Positions 1 through 11,652 of a DNA stretch of 64,000 bases are shown here, one piece after another. Within the stretch, counting starts at the first letter, position 1. Every line of letters begins with the position of its first letter. The stretch is from Octopus vulgaris (Eukaryota): positions 3,472,001 through 3,536,000 of the forward strand of contig OX597830.1 in the NCBI GenBank assembly GCA_951406725.2, given 5' to 3'. A program made the position numbers and the translations under genes. The notes under the pieces were generated by a model. It searched no databases. It was not told the origin of the DNA and saw only the letters and a list, made by a program, of their open reading frames with translations.

Positions 1-55
1 CATACATGTGTGTGTGTGTGGGGGGGGTGCGTGTGTGTGTGTGTGCGTGTGTACA

Positions 56-220
56 TGCTGGCAACTGGCTTCTTTCAGTTTCTGGCTACCAAATCCACTC
101 TGAAAACTTTGATGAAGTTAGTATTATAGTGGAAGATATTTACCAAAGCTGCTATACAGTGGGACTGAACCCAAAACCGTGTGGTTGGGAAGCATGTTTC
201 TTAACTACACATCCATGCCT
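56..220 (-). mobile_element. tRNA-derived SINE, family A, 5' half
   Basis: Reverse complement AGGCATGGATGTGTAGTTAAGAA...GGGTTCAGTCCC...GAGTGGATTTGGTAG...GAAACTGAAAGAAGCC matches the copies at 10762 and 44862. Confidence 0.7.
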
Positions 221-239
221 CTCCTCAAAATCTGATGAC

Positions 240-1345
240 ACCAACCAACCATCTTTGATAAGTGTATTTATACAGTCAAGATGGAGGTGTATCTTCTTGA
301 GCTTTACTCTTAGGGGCATAAAATATAAATCAATAAATATATTCAGAATGTCGATGCTTTCACTTGAGCCAGTCTTAAAATATCTTTTCTGTCTGTTTGA
401 GCAGGAATCAAGCAAACTAATGAAGCTAAACTTGGTGCTCAATTCCTTCATTTCTAGCCCTGTGTATCTAATGCATCCACATTTGTTAGTTACTGTGGAC
501 AGAAAGCTAAAGCTGTAATGTAGATACAAGTAAATACAAGTTTTAGAGTCTGTAGATTGAACTGTATGCAAGAAATTTTTTGTACCATTTCTAAGTAATG
601 GAGAGAGCATATCTATGGTTTTGTGTGAGCTCTCTTTCAATAATAGGTTTGACAACTCAAAAACCAACATTAATTGGTTGTCAACATCTGTAGATCTTGA
701 TAAAATCAGAATGTATCAGCTTCACATGTTTCTGTTGGTGAAGTAACACAGATGGAAATTTGTTCCTCTAATCTGAATACAATGCAGCTGACATTTTCAT
801 GTAAGTTCTGTAGAATAGGTAGACATAAGAATATCGCATGTCAAAAACATACAGTTTTTTTTTCTCATTATATTTTAATGCTTCCATGATACATCTGATT
901 TTTATCTCATTATGAATGCTTCCAACTTGTGTAGAATAATATACAATTTGCCACCAGAGCAAGTCTCATATCAAACATCTTTTTAAAAAATCATTGAACT
1001 TTTTTCCCCCTCCATGTTTTGCTAACATGGAAGTTTGGAACTTATGTAATCTGTAAGACAAAACATTTTCTATGCTGAAAACATTTCAAAAATGAATACT
1101 GTTCATTTTCATTTGTTAGTTCTCCAATAAATGTAAAGAAACTTAAGTCTTGCAGAATATAAGAAACCACATTTCTTGCTGATGTAAAGATATTAATGAA
1201 TCCATGATGCTGTGATAAAATGAACCTAGTTCGTTCTTTAAAAAGATCCGTGTTTGTAAAGAATTCAACCATAGAAAAAAGTCCAAAGTTTGAATATACA
1301 ATCAACTTGTCTTCTGATCAATATTGGAGGGCAATATCTGTGAAT
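240..1345 (-). pseudogene. Heavily decayed CR1/L2-group LINE reverse transcriptase relic
   Basis: Minus-strand frames give motifs in the correct order: RYCPPI (cf. NYRPI), ILSQHHGF (cf. SQHGF), YHGS (cf. PQGS), and LRVKLKKIHLHLDC (cf. CR1 C-terminal RGH..KL....RLD). Many stops and frameshifts. Confidence 0.55.
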
Positions 1346-1552
1346 AAGAACAAACTCAGACTATAATGACCTAAGCCAAACCATGGCAACAAACGAGTAC
1401 AAACAAAATTGTAAAGGTGATGTTTTAAATGTAAATTTAATACAAAGGGAGATAAGCTGTAAAGAGATGCAAAAGTTGAAAGAAATGTCACTCATGTGAC
1501 TGACAATGACTAATGAATTATGATTATGTTTATTATTATTAATAATGTAATT

Positions 1553-1765
1553 AAGGCATTGAGCTGGCAGAATCGTTAGCAAACTGAGCAAAATGTTTAG
1601 CAGCATTTCATCCATCTTCACAGTTTGAGTTCAAATTCTGCTGAGGTCGATGCTGCCTTTCATCCTTTCAAGCTTGATAGAATAAGTACTTGTCGAGCAC
1701 TGCAATCAATGTAATTAACTTTCTCCTCCCCCAAAATTGCTGGCCTTGAGTCAAAATTTGAAACC
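1553..1765 (+). mobile_element. tRNA-derived SINE, family B
   Basis: Head AAGGC..GAGCTGGCAGAATCGTTAGC, B-box-like GAGTTCAAATTC, central GCCTTTCATCCTTTC. More than ten related copies are visible in the window. Confidence 0.8.
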
Positions 1766-1810
1766 ATTTTTAATAAAGGACCTAGTCTACAATTGAATGA
1801 GTTTCTAATG

Positions 1811-2969
1811 TTAGGGCACAATGGGTAAATTGTCACCATTTTGTATTTTTAATTTTGTAGAAGCACATCGTTCGTTTTTGGTTTTGGTGATTACACAGTA
1901 TAGTGCAGTCAGTTGGGCACCGCCTGTGAGGAAAAACATTATCATGATGTAATTCACTCTGCCAGAAATTTGGAAACAACATACTGCACTGATTAGCATT
2001 CATGCTGGTAGCTCTAATACAAACATTTCAGAGTGTTTTGGTGTCAATCTGAGGAGAGTGCAGAGGATTTGGAAAGAGTTGGAAAGAGTTGGATGAGTCT
2101 AATGGTGATTATGAATTAAGGCAGTGAGCTGGCAGCTGGGAAAACTCACTCTGGTCGTTCTGATAAGAAAACAACTCCTGAATTTGTTGGTGGGATCCAG
2201 GCCATGATTGACAACAATCCCTCCAAGTCAACCAGGTCCATCACCAGGGACATGGGAGTGTCTGGGTCTCTTATCAGGCAAGTAATGCATGAAGACATTT
2301 GGTATTCCCCACAGAAGTTGAGAAAGGGCCAATTTTTATCCCAAGCCATCAAGGATGAGAGGAAAGACAGTGCTATGAAGCATTTGAACCAATTTATGCA
2401 TCCCCTCCAACCGAACATGTTTTGGTTTTTCTCAGAAAAGTTTCTGCCAGGATTAGACAGTGAACATGCAGAACAAACATTGGCTTGTCATGTTCCCAAA
2501 AAATCTTTTGAGAATGATAAAAATCAAACACCCAATCAACATCATGGTGTTTGGAGTGATCACTGGTGATGGCAACATTATGCCTCTATTTATCTTCCCA
2601 CATAGCCTCACACTCAACACAGAGGCCTACATCAAGTGCCTGGAGGAGGTAGTGCTGCCCTGGGTCAAAGGGATGGCTCCTGGAAGACCCTATGCCTGAC
2701 AACAGAACTCTGCACCATACCACACAAGCAGGAGATCCCAGTCATGGCTGTCAGACAATTTATGTGGCCACATCACCCCTAACATCTGGCTACTTAACTC
2801 CCCAGACTGCAACCTCCTTTGTCTTTATGTGTGGTGCACAGTTGAGTGAGAGACCAACAAAACTCCTTGTAAAAACCAAAGATGAACTGAAGGCAAGGAT
2901 TATGGCAACATTCACCAACTTAAACAAGGAGACTGTCCAGAAGAGTTGCAGGAGATTCCAATGTCGTCT
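1811..2969 (+). mobile_element. Tc1/mariner transposon fossil, DD37D (maT-type) transposase pseudogene, 3' truncated
   Basis: Frames give WFFSEK, IMVFGVITGDG, LNTEAYIKCLEEVVLPW and QQ(N)SAPYHTS...NSPDCNLL(C)LYVW. There are 37 residues between the second and third catalytic positions, both now mutated. Stops and frameshifts are present. Confidence 0.88.
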
Positions 2970-3182
2970 GTTGATAAAAGAAACTGATAGAAATAGTACT
3001 GGAGTTGATTTGTTCAACTAACCCTACAAAGTATTGCTCTGCATGGCCACAGTCCAATGACCAAAACAGGTAAAAGAGTGTTGAGAGATATGTGTGTATG
3101 TTCTATTATGTTCTCTCCCTCTCTTCTCTCTTCTTTCACTCTCTGTCTTCTGGCAAAAAACATTTGAGATGATCTAAAGCAA

Positions 3183-3403
3183 CCCTTTCGTTACTGAATT
3201 TATTTTGAGATGCTCAGTGTTTCTTCCAATTATGTTAAATATAACAAAGAATTAAGTAAAATAACATCGTTATCATTAAGCTAGAGTTAGGGACATAAAT
3301 TGTGACTAAGGTTTGGTGGAAGGTTTTAATTCGGAACTTTTGAAAACCAGACATTTGTACTAAAGAGCCAGAGCCGGTTTCAGCCGGGTTGGTAACGAAA
3401 GGG
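3183..3403. mobile_element. piggyBac-type MITE
   Basis: TIRs CCCTTTCGTTAC (3183-3194) and GTAACGAAAGGG (3392-3403). The right flank is TTAA; the left flank is the degenerate GCAA. Confidence 0.75.
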
Positions 3404-3574
3404 TTAACCAGCAATCATATGGTCCTCTAGGTGTAGCCATACCTCATTTTTAGAGCCACCATAAAAAGCAATAGGCACCAGAATTGTTTCTGAAAGAATG
3501 GGTCAAACACAAATTTAATTGGAAGACATCTAATCAACTTGTCCCAATCTTCCTGTATCATTAGTTGAGATAAT

Positions 3575-3775
3575 ATTGATTTCAAATTTTGGCAGAAGGC
3601 CAGCAAGTTTAAGAGAGTGGGCAAGTCAATTACATCTACCCCAGTATTCAACTGGTACCTATTTTATTGACCCCCAAATGGATGAAAGGCAAAGCTAACC
3701 TCAGCGGAATTTGAATTTAGAGTGTAAAGATGGACAAAATGCTGCTAAGCATTTTTGCCTGGCATGCTAATGATG
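3575..3775 (-). mobile_element. SINE family B
   Basis: GGATGAAAGGCAAAG...GGAATTTGAA...GCTAAGCATTT is the reverse complement of the family B core. Confidence 0.7.
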
Positions 3776-3943
3776 TCCCTGTTGCAGTGTCTCCTATTTA
3801 CAGCCAAGTGGACTGGAGCAACAGGAAATGAAGTATTTTCCTCACAAACACAATGTGTTACCTGGTCTGGGAACTAAACCATGATCACTCGACCATGGGT
3901 TTAACCACTAGGCCATGTGCCCTCACAGTAGTTGTGATAATAT

Positions 3944-4176
3944 TTATTTCTTTATTGCCCACATGGGGCTAAACATAGAGGGGACAAACAAGGACAGACA
4001 AAAGGATTAAGTTGATTATATCGACCCCAGTGCGTAACTAGTACTTATTTAATCGACCATGAAAGGATGAAAGGCAAAGTTGACCTTGGTGGAATTTGAA
4101 CTTAGAACGTAACAGCAGACAAAATACTGCTAAGCATTTCGCCTGGAGCGCTAACGTTTCTGCCAGCTCGCCACCT
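3944..4176 (-). mobile_element. SINE family B, well preserved
   Basis: Reverse complement begins AGGTGGCGAGCTGGCAGAAACGTTAGCGC and contains CTTTGCCTTTCATCCTTTC..GGTCGATTAAATAAGTAC. Confidence 0.85.
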
Positions 4177-4864
4177 CTAGTTGTGATAATATTAACAGCA
4201 GAAAACCTAAGAGACCATTGCAATAGTTTACTAGTTCTACTACATACTACTGTATACTATTATTTGCAACTATGTTCTGGTATCTAACTGCTAAAACTCA
4301 AATATAAGACAACCACATAGACACAACAACATTTAACAACTTTTTAAAGACATTTGGCAACATTTGAACTGCACCAATTCAGGACATTACTAAATATTCT
4401 GTTTTGGAGAAACTTTTCCATAAATAAAATCCACATTAATAAGGATAATTGTTGGCAATCGTTATAGATAATACTCTTGCTGTACATTTATTTCTTTGTC
4501 AAATTTTGTCTGCCTAGAAAAGGTCGTTTTTGCAAGCTACTTCAAATAGTTTTTGTTTTTGTTTATCAGAGCCACAATTAATAAACATTGCAAATGGTCA
4601 AACAATTTCTTTTAATTCGTATCATTTATTAGGAGGCCACAGAGGTATTTTAGGTAAGTAAGGGGGCCATGAATAGAATGGTCAAAAGCTACAGATCAAG
4701 TGAAATATTTTGTATGTATATGGGGTTACAATATCATGGTCAGATTTTAGAGTGGATTTCATAGACGTTAGTATCAATGCTGAACTAGTTATTCTTCCAG
4801 TGACCCGCATGGCCATTTACTTTCTGCTTCTACATATATATATATAAATTAATAATAATAATAT

Positions 4865-6479
4865 TAGGGAGTAAATCCAAACTTACAGGGAAAAATTAGA
4901 TTTAGGATTAAATCTAATTTTATAGTATAATCATCATGATCATGATCATCATCATTTAACGTCCGCCTTCCATGCTAGCATGGGTTGGACGGTTCAACTG
5001 GGGTCTAGGAAGCCCGAAGGCTGCACCAGGCCAGTCAGATCTGGCAGTGTTTCTACAGCTGGATGCCCTTCCTAACACCAACCACTCCGTGATTGTAGTG
5101 GGTGCTTTTTATGTGCCACCAACACAGGTGCCAGACAAGGCTGGCGAACGGCCACGCTTGGATGGTGTTTTTTACATGCCACCGGCATGGAGGCCAGGCG
5201 AGGCTGGCACGGCCACGATCGGATGGTGTTTGTTACGTGCCACCAGCATGGAGGCCAGTCGATGCAGTACTGGCTACGGCCACGTTCGGATGGTTTTCTT
5301 ATGTGCCACCAGCACTGGTACCACAAAACTACAAATTCCATTGATGTTCATCGATTTTGATTTGATTTGATTTGATTTTCACTTGCCTCAACAGGTCTTC
5401 ACAAGTAGAGTTATGTGTCCCAAGAAGGAAGGTATGCACAGGTGAACTGACTACGTCCCAGGTAGGGGCCATGGGTTATGGCCTCAAGTGTCCTGCCAGG
5501 TCTTCTCGCGCACAGCATACTTCCAAAGGTCTCGGTCTCTGGTCATTTCCTCAGTGAGACCTAAAGCACGAAGGTTGTTCTTCACCACCTCGTCCCAGGT
5601 CTTCCTGGGTCTACCTCTTGCACAGGTTCCCTCAACCGCTAGGGTGTGGCACTTTTTCACACAACTATCTTCAGCCATTCTTACTACGTGTCCATACCAG
5701 CGTAGACGCCTCTCTTGCACACCACATCTGATGCTTCTTAGGTCCAACTTTTCTCTCAAGGCACTTACACTCTGTAGGGTATGAACACTGACATTACACA
5801 TCCAGCGGAGCATACTGGCTTCATTTCTTGCGAGCTTACGCATATCCTCAGCAGTCACGGCCCATGTTTCACTGCCATGTAGCATGGCTGTTCGCACACA
5901 TGCTTCATACAGTCTGCCTTTTACTCTGAGCGAGAGGCCTTTTGTCACAAGCAGAGGTAAGAGCTCTCTGAACTTTGCCCAGGCTATTCTTACCCTAGCA
6001 GTTACACTTTCGGCACACCCACCCCCGCTACTGACTTGGTCACCTACGTAACGGAAACTATCAACTATTTCAAGTTTTTCTCCCTGGAATGTGGCGGAAG
6101 ATGGTCTCTGCGCATTTATATATATATTATATTAAATTAGAGATAAAACCACTATTAGGCAAATCAAACAGTGAAAATCATAAGCCAATAAATAGAAATA
6201 AAATTAATTAATAAAATATATAAAAAATATAAAATATAAAATTCCAAATTAAAATATTTAAATTAAAGTTAAGATTTAAAAAATTATTTAAATGAATAAT
6301 TTAAACTTATAAATTTTAAATATATATATATATATATATATATTATTTTTATTTAATTTAATTTATTTATTTATTTTTTTTAAAATTATATAACAATCAA
6401 AAAGTATTAAAAGTTTAATATAAGATATTATCTTATATTAAACTTTTAATACTTTTTGATAGCTATATAATTTAAAAAA

Positions 6480-6514
<35 letters not shown>

Positions 6515-6525
6515 AATAAAATAAA

Positions 6526-6582
<57 letters not shown>

Positions 6583-6802
6583 GGGAGTATAACTCCAAAC
6601 TTACAGGAAAAAATTCAATTTCTAGTTATAAGTTATATGTTTTATAAAAATATATATTATTTGTTATTTATGTTTTGGTTTATGTCTATCACTATTTGAG
6701 TTGCCTAATAGTGGTTTTATCTCTAATTTATATTTGATATATATATATATAAAATGGTGTTTTTATATGATATATATATATATCATGTAAAACCACCATT
6801 TT
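4865..6802. repeat. AT-rich foldback remnant (possibly Penelope-like), interrupted by an RTE LINE
   Basis: Direct repeat AGGGAGTA..TCCAAACTTACAGG.AAAAATT at about 4866 and 6582. Inverted repeat AAATTAGAGATAAAACCACTATTAGGCAA at about 6134 versus about 6702-6729. Internal palindromes are present. Confidence 0.5.
4931..6117 (-). mobile_element. RTE-clade LINE, 5'-truncated: RT C-terminus, 3' UTR and (GAT)n tail
   Basis: ORF 5484-5948 has LYEACVRTAMLHGSETW...RRLRWYGHV...RGRPRKTW, with FRYVG upstream. The (CAT)n tail lies at 4931-4955. Closely similar to 19760-20400. Confidence 0.95.
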
Positions 6803-7374
6803 CTTGTTCTTTACACACATGTACAGGATTTCACAATAATATGTCCACTATAGTTGTTTACCTTCAGCTTAGTTCTATCTGACCTGACAGAATTATGACC
6901 CAAGGCCAGTCCAGTCACAGCCATACAGCCTTTTCTTTTGACATAGTGGACCACAGTTGACATCATCCACACTGTTCTTTTATTTATGAGATGTTAGAGC
7001 AATGATTGAAGGAAATTTGAGTATTCTTTCTAGCAGTTTAAGAGATCATGTAGAAGCTTGGCCTTTGGCCCCAACTGAGGGTTAGGGTTAGGGGACATAT
7101 TTTTATATTTAAACTGTGGACATTCAAATTTTGTGTTTGCAACATGTAATCGTAACAACTTAAAATAGGAAAAAGAACACTCTTCATTCTCTGAGAGTGC
7201 GAATATAATTCTCACTTAGAGTAGAAGCAATTCAAATGAAGTGGCCCAGGATAGGAGTTGAATCAACAACACCACATCAATAGCAGGGTACCAATCTCAA
7301 GAACCAATTCAAAACCAAGCTCTACATTTCTTCAACCTTATATATATTGCATCAGGCACAAACTCAATGCTAAC

Positions 7375-7490
7375 CTTTAAATGGCTGTAACAGGTTGCTG
7401 CTTTGCTTGTAGCATTCACCAACACATTGCAGATCCACCGATGGAACTCGTCTGGCCATTCCATTTACCAGTTCTTGGCTTTTGGCATAT
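7375..7490 (-). CDS. Candidate internal coding exon of an unidentified host gene: (R)YAKSQELVNGMARRVPSVDLQCVGECYKQSSNLLQPFK
   Basis: Acceptor tgttttgtgatgtgcag| and donor AAG|gttagc. The 116-nt segment has exactly one open frame (phase 2 to phase 1), is non-repetitive and is GC-richer than its flanks. The protein is not recognised. Confidence 0.5.
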
Positions 7491-7692
7491 CTGCACATCA
7501 CAAAACAGCAAACACCCGAAAGCACAAAAATAAAAGACCGCATCCATTCTTGGAATATTTCTTCCCTTAACTTTTTGAACAAGTCTTTCTCTTCCTGCTA
7601 CACCCACCCCACCCCACTATGCCACACCATTATACACATTCTTCCATAAGAATGATTCTACTTTCGATTTTTATGTCTTTTATGGAACATAT

Positions 7693-7711
7693 AATGATGA
7701 TAATGATGACA

Positions 7712-7753
<42 letters not shown>

Positions 7754-7821
7754 GCAATGGAAATAATGATGACAATGGTGATGATTATGATGATGGTAAT
7801 GCTGATGGCAATAATGATGAT
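7693..7821. repeat. (ATG)n microsatellite
   Basis: Direct reading. Confidence 0.95.
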
Positions 7822-8057
7822 CTTCCTGGATAGACTTCCTTGTGTAGGTGTGTTTTTTGTGTATATGTGCAGGCAGTCACACTATATGTGTAGTGATGTC
7901 ATATGTGGTGTACGTCTATTATTGTTTCCCAGGAGATTGTGCATTTTGCTGTGCATGCATGCCTGCATTTGAGAACAGGCAACGTAGTAACCCAACTTTC
8001 ATAATCAGTGTCTGTATATAATTCTGTGTGTTTTTATGTATTCAGGTTTCTTATATC

Positions 8058-8060
<3 letters not shown>

Positions 8061-8107
<47 letters not shown>

Positions 8108-8142
8108 TATGTGTGCATATTTCCTAGGCTATAGTCTGTTTG

Positions 8143-8180
<38 letters not shown>
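8061..8180. repeat. Two (TG)n microsatellites
   Basis: Direct reading. Confidence 0.95.
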
Positions 8181-8182
<2 letters not shown>

Positions 8183-8631
8183 AGATGTATATGTGAATAA
8201 TGTTATTGATTAGCTGCTTGTTGTGGTCACTGACCTGCTCAGCACAAAGACCCTCCTTGCCTTGCCTCACATCAACCCCTATCCCCTTCTCTTCTTTCTC
8301 TCAAATATGCCCCTATACTCACCCCCTAGTATCGTCCCTCACAAAATCTCTTCCTTTCTCTCTTCAGTTACTTTTCTCCCTCACACTACTTCCTTTCCGT
8401 GCATGTCCAGCAACCAATTCTTTGCCATTTCCTTTTATACCTTATTGTCCAAACTCTCATGGATGAAGAACTAAGAAAATCTTTTCTTATTCCTCAGAGA
8501 AGGACTCTGTCCATCTCTTCTGAAACTCTTTTCCCGGCAACAAACAAATTGAAGGAAGTATACCCATTACCAATACACACACAAAATTATATGTATGTAT
8601 GTGTGTGTAATATATATATATATGTGCATGT

Positions 8632-8791
8632 AAGGCAGCGAGCTGGCAGAGATGTTAGCATGCCAGGCAAAATGCTTAGTGGTATTTCATTTGTCTTTAC
8701 ATTCTGAGTTCAAATTCCATCAAGGTCAACTTTGCCTTTCATCCTTTCGGGCTGGATAAATTAAGTACCAGTTACGTACTGGTTTCAATCT
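8632..8791 (+). mobile_element. SINE family B, 3' truncated
   Basis: AAGGCAGCGAGCTGGCAGA...CTTTGCCTTTCATCCTTTCGGG...TAAGTACCAG. Confidence 0.85.
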
Positions 8792-8954
8792 ATTTTACCA
8801 AATTCTTCATAATTTTAAAAATTATTTAAAACCAAAATAGTGTATTTCAAGAGAAATATAGAAACAAAAAAATCTAAATGAATTTAATAAATGTACACAC
8901 ACACGCACACAGTGAAATGAGATAGCTACAAGATACAAACACACCCTTACACAC

Positions 8955-9090
8955 CTCATGCCTGTAAGGGTGGCCTTATGCAGAAATGAATGGAACTCTA
9001 TCTCCAGAAGAATTGAACTCTGTTGCCAGGTGATTTTACTATCAATTACACAATGTGAACTCTGAACAATTTTAACCATCCAAATATATT
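8955..9090 (-). CDS. Candidate exon upstream of 7375-7490: (E)YIWMVKIVQSSHCVIDSKITWQQSSILLEIEFHSFLHKATLTGM(R)
   Basis: Acceptor cttcctgtctgtcactttgattccaataag| and donor ATGAG|gtgtgt. The phase-2 end joins in frame (AG+A = Arg) to the 7490 exon. A competing donor lies 4 nt downstream. Confidence 0.33.
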
Positions 9091-9674
9091 CTTATTGGAA
9101 TCAAAGTGACAGACAGGAAGCAAGCTCTCACTCAGTGCCTCATAAACTAAGTGAATAGTCTTTCTTCACCATCAGAAACTATATTGTCCCGGATTGAGTC
9201 CCACAGCTGGAAGTTGACAGCAATACAATAGTATATGACGATTAATTTAAATTTATAGGAATCAACTTTGAAAGGAATCTTAAATGGAGACCACATAGTG
9301 CTCTATCTTGCAGACCAATACTCAGTTTTGTTGGAATCTTCACTCACACAAAATATTGTTTTTCCTGAACATACATCAGAATCTAATTTGTTGTCATCTA
9401 AACTATTTTGGGAGCAGAGATAGATGTTATCATTCTAATAAATCTACAAACAACATTCCTGAGAAGATGAGTTTTAAGTACAAAATACAATTTTGGTTAA
9501 ATAGATTCTCTTCCAATAGTTTTAAACTTTCCAGACACATAAACTCTTGTGCAAATCAAAGCCTGCAATAATTTCAGTTTTGATGCTGGTTTTTATATCT
9601 GTTAATGCTAAGTTTATCAATCAACTCTGCTGAAACCAGAAGAAAATATTTTACCCCAAAGTCCCCACCAGTGA

Positions 9675-9978
9675 CCCCCACCAGTGCAGGTGCCACTTAA
9701 AATGCACCCAGTCCACACTGTAAAGTGGTTGGCATTTGGAAGGGCATCCAGCTGTAAAAAACCATGCCAAAACTGATGTCACCTGTGCGAGTGCCATGTA
9801 AAAAGCACTCAGCCCACTCTACAGAGTGGTTGGTGTTAAGAAGGGCATCAAGCCATAAGAACCCTGCCAAAACTGAATTCTGGTGCAGGCTCCTCCCTGG
9901 CTAGCTCCTGTCAAATCATCCAACCCATGCCAGCATGGAAGGAGGACGTTAAACGATGATGATGATAATGATGATGAT
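9675..9978 (+). mobile_element. RTE LINE 3' UTR fragment with (GAT)n tail
   Basis: GGAAGGGCATCCAGCTGT...CCAACCCATGCCAGCATGGAA...GACGTTAAACGATGATG matches the RTE 3' ends at 20870-21024. Confidence 0.85.
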
Positions 9979-10002
9979 ATTCTTTGCACCTGTTAAATAA
10001 AT

Positions 10003-10305
10003 AGGCGTGACCTAGTGGTTTGGGTGTCGCACTCAAGATCACTAGACCATGGGTTCGATTTCCAGACCAGGTGGCGTGTTGTATTCTTGAGTAAAACATT
10101 TCATTCCACATTGTTCCACTCCACTCAGCTCTCTGCTGTAAATGGGTAACCCTGTGATAGATTAGCCATCTGACCTGAGGCAATGTTGGCTTGCTTGCCA
10201 AGCCAACGAGGGGGAGTGTCATTCGAAAGCTAAAACAATGTGAAGTGCATTGTGACCAGCAATGTATAACAGCATCTGATAGTCTGGTCAATATCTTGAT
10301 ACCAT
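10003..10305 (+). mobile_element. tRNA-derived SINE with a CORE-like domain (family C)
   Basis: A-box-like TGACCTAGTGG, B-box GGTTCGATTTCC, then TCTTGAGTAAAACATTTCATT...CCACTCAGCT...AAATGGG. Confidence 0.75.
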
Positions 10306-10761
10306 CATATATTCCCCCACCCCATCCCACCCCATAACTTTCTTTGCCAGTCATACTTATCATATCATTAAAAGATTTAGAGAAATAGTTTTATAAACTA
10401 CCATGTTAGTTTAATTACACAATAATTATTGTCTACTTTTACAGCTGATTCTAAACAAACACAGTGATTCTTGTGCCGTGTCATTTTCCAAAAGACGTCT
10501 GTAATTAAAGCTTGTTGACGTTATATCCCAGATGGATGTCATTAGTTAATAATTAACCACAGCCAAGAGAAAGGAATAGTTTCCTTACGTAGGTTATAAT
10601 GGGGGAGATTTGTTAAATATGTTCAGAAGCTCTTGAAAAACAAACAATATTAGTATTCGAAGAGTAGCATGGAGAAAATCCACAAAGACGAGTCATTAGA
10701 ATTTACATATAGTCTTAATGTCTTGGGAATATTTTGAAAATGTTTATTTTTTTATTTTTAT

Positions 10762-11135
10762 CATGGCTGTGTGGTTAAGAAGCTTGCTTTGCAACCTCAG
10801 GATCTCTGGTTCACTCCCCCTGTGCATCACAGGTACATGTGTCTGATATTAGAGACCCAGGACAACCAGAGCCTTCTGAGCGCATTTGGTAAGCAGAAAC
10901 TATGCAGAATCCCATTGTATGTGTGTGTGTCACACTCAACCCTGCTTGACAATCGATGCTGTTTTGTTTACATCACTGTGACTTAAGAGTTCAGCAAAAA
11001 AGACTGATAGAATAAGTACAAGAGTTAAAAATATCCATAAGTACTGGGATTGATTCATTCAACTATAATTCTTGAAGGCAGTGCCCCAGCAGGGCCACAG
11101 TCCAATGACTGAAGCAAGCAAGAGATAAAAGACAA
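10762..11135 (+). mobile_element. SINE family A, near full length
   Basis: CATGGCTGTGTGGTTAAGAAGCTTGC head and GCCACAGTCCAATGACTGAA...AGATAAAAG tail. Confidence 0.8.
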
Positions 11136-11359
11136 CAGACAGATGTAACACTGAGAAATTTTGTTTTACGGAAATAACATGGAGTGGAGTGAGGGAGTCC
11201 TCTCAGTTGACTGGATTAAAAGGAAGGTAGAAAGAGGTAAGATTTGATAGAGGCAGAAGCAGGGCTGTGTGGTAAGAAGCTTGCTTCCTACCACATGGTT
11301 CTGGGTTCAATTCTACTGTGTGACACGCTGAGTAACTGACTGCTACTCTTGTCTTGGGC

Positions 11360-11614
11360 TAAATCCATGATTCCCAATGTGCGATGCCTGTCCCACTGGT
11401 GGAGCATGTGTAAGGTTACCTTTTGTACACAATGTTTCATATAGAGAGAAAAGGGGCAATTCGAGAATAAGTTATTAAAAAAAAGAAAATTCTTTACGTC
11501 CCTTCTTTGGACAATTTTATCAAATTTTGGACACTTCAGAGACGTGATTTCACTAAAGAGGGAATAGATTATTTCCTTCGATTTAGTGGTATGTGAAAAC
11601 ATGCAGGTAATTAC

Positions 11615-11652
<38 letters not shown>

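Noticed and set aside
6-670. Overlapping 170-aa (+) and 172-aa (-) ORFs as a host gene; the region near 1337 first looked like a longin-domain exon
   Set aside because: Ordered LINE RT motif relics with stops and frameshifts explain the region better, and part of the ORFs runs through a SINE.
4972-5784. Plus-strand ORFs over the first RTE, and the 217-aa minus-strand ORF at 19495-20148
   Set aside because: These are antisense shadows of RTE ORF2 and of its tandemly repeated 3' UTR.
7078-7093. TTAGGG-like repeats (also at 13089-13128)
   Set aside because: Only two or three degenerate units, and one tract is inside a MITE. Not a telomeric array.
7619-7972. Poly-Met ORF
   Set aside because: Translation of an (ATG)n microsatellite.
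10003-10080. tRNA gene calls for A-box/B-box heads (also at 13450, 21850, 22400 and 42092)
   Set aside because: There is no complete cloverleaf, and each continues into a SINE body.
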